DNA of 60,024 nucleotides, the filler included. It is 4 parts of 4 records of this genome, joined end to end, with 100 filler letters (N's around TTAATTAATTAA, not from the genome) between each part and the next. Parts side by side here need not be neighbours in the genome. Positions count along the whole stretch, not along the records: positions 51,587 to 60,024 come from DRR723986_17695; 3 more parts are not named here. One strand, 5' to 3'. The notes under the pieces were generated by a model that had not been told where the DNA came from, made no database searches, and saw only the letters and a program-made list of their open reading frames with translations. Shown piece after piece: positions 59,884 to 60,024 of the stretch (position 1 is the first letter of the stretch; each line of letters starts with the position of its first letter). Position numbers and translations under genes: made by a program.

Positions 59884-59996
59884 GTGCTGGTCCTCCCCAA
59901 AACGGTAAGTACCGTTTTGATAATGTGGGAAAACGCCGCACTGCTCACCACGAGCAGGTATCGTAAATGCCGATTCGGCTTCAATTTAGGAAAAAG

Positions 59997-60024
59997 TCGG
60001 GGTGATAGGATTCGAACCTACGAC
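59997..60024 (-). tRNA. 3' part of tRNA-Pro (truncated at the window end); probable integration site
   Basis: Minus strand GTCGTAGGTTCGAATCCTATCACCCCGA gives a T-arm plus an acceptor strand typical of tRNA-Pro; the anticodon is outside the window. Confidence 0.8.

Overview
The window joins four unrelated contigs with artificial N-TTAATTAATTAA-N linkers (gaps 20320-20419, 39123-39222, 51487-51586), so nothing can be inferred across the gaps. Contig 1 (1-20319, probably a proteobacterial mobile/defence island) holds a NERD-nuclease + NACHT/STAND-like NTPase gene missed by the ORF track, a Gabija-like pair (OLD nuclease + UvrD), a tyrosine resolvase, a Tn7-like tnsA-tnsB-tnsC-tniQ module bracketed by a 13-bp direct repeat, a Wadjet/MksBEFG-like operon in SMC-first order, an antitoxin with a decayed relE remnant, and the 3' part of cusA. 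Contig 2 (20420-39122, Hyphomonas/Caulobacterales-like core chromosome) runs from uvrA and ssb through a class D beta-lactamase, gyrA, coaD, a cyclophilin, queA, a GmrSD-like gene, a tipF-like gene and ribF to ileS. Contig 3 (39223-51486, Hyphomicrobiales/Roseibium-like core) has a cpdR2-like gene, hpt, ftsEX with a CtrA box, plsC, NCS1/GntR, chaC and others. Contig 4 (51587-60024, Planctomycete-like) has an integrase beside a tRNA-Pro 3' end, followed by a four-gene cassette: a small secreted Gly/Phe/Asn-rich propeptide, a beta-barrel, a FapF-like barrel and a FapD-like C39 peptidase. That cassette looks like an undescribed Fap-like amyloid or peptide secretion system and is the best novelty candidate. 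Family and taxon assignments come from motif recognition only; no database searches were run.
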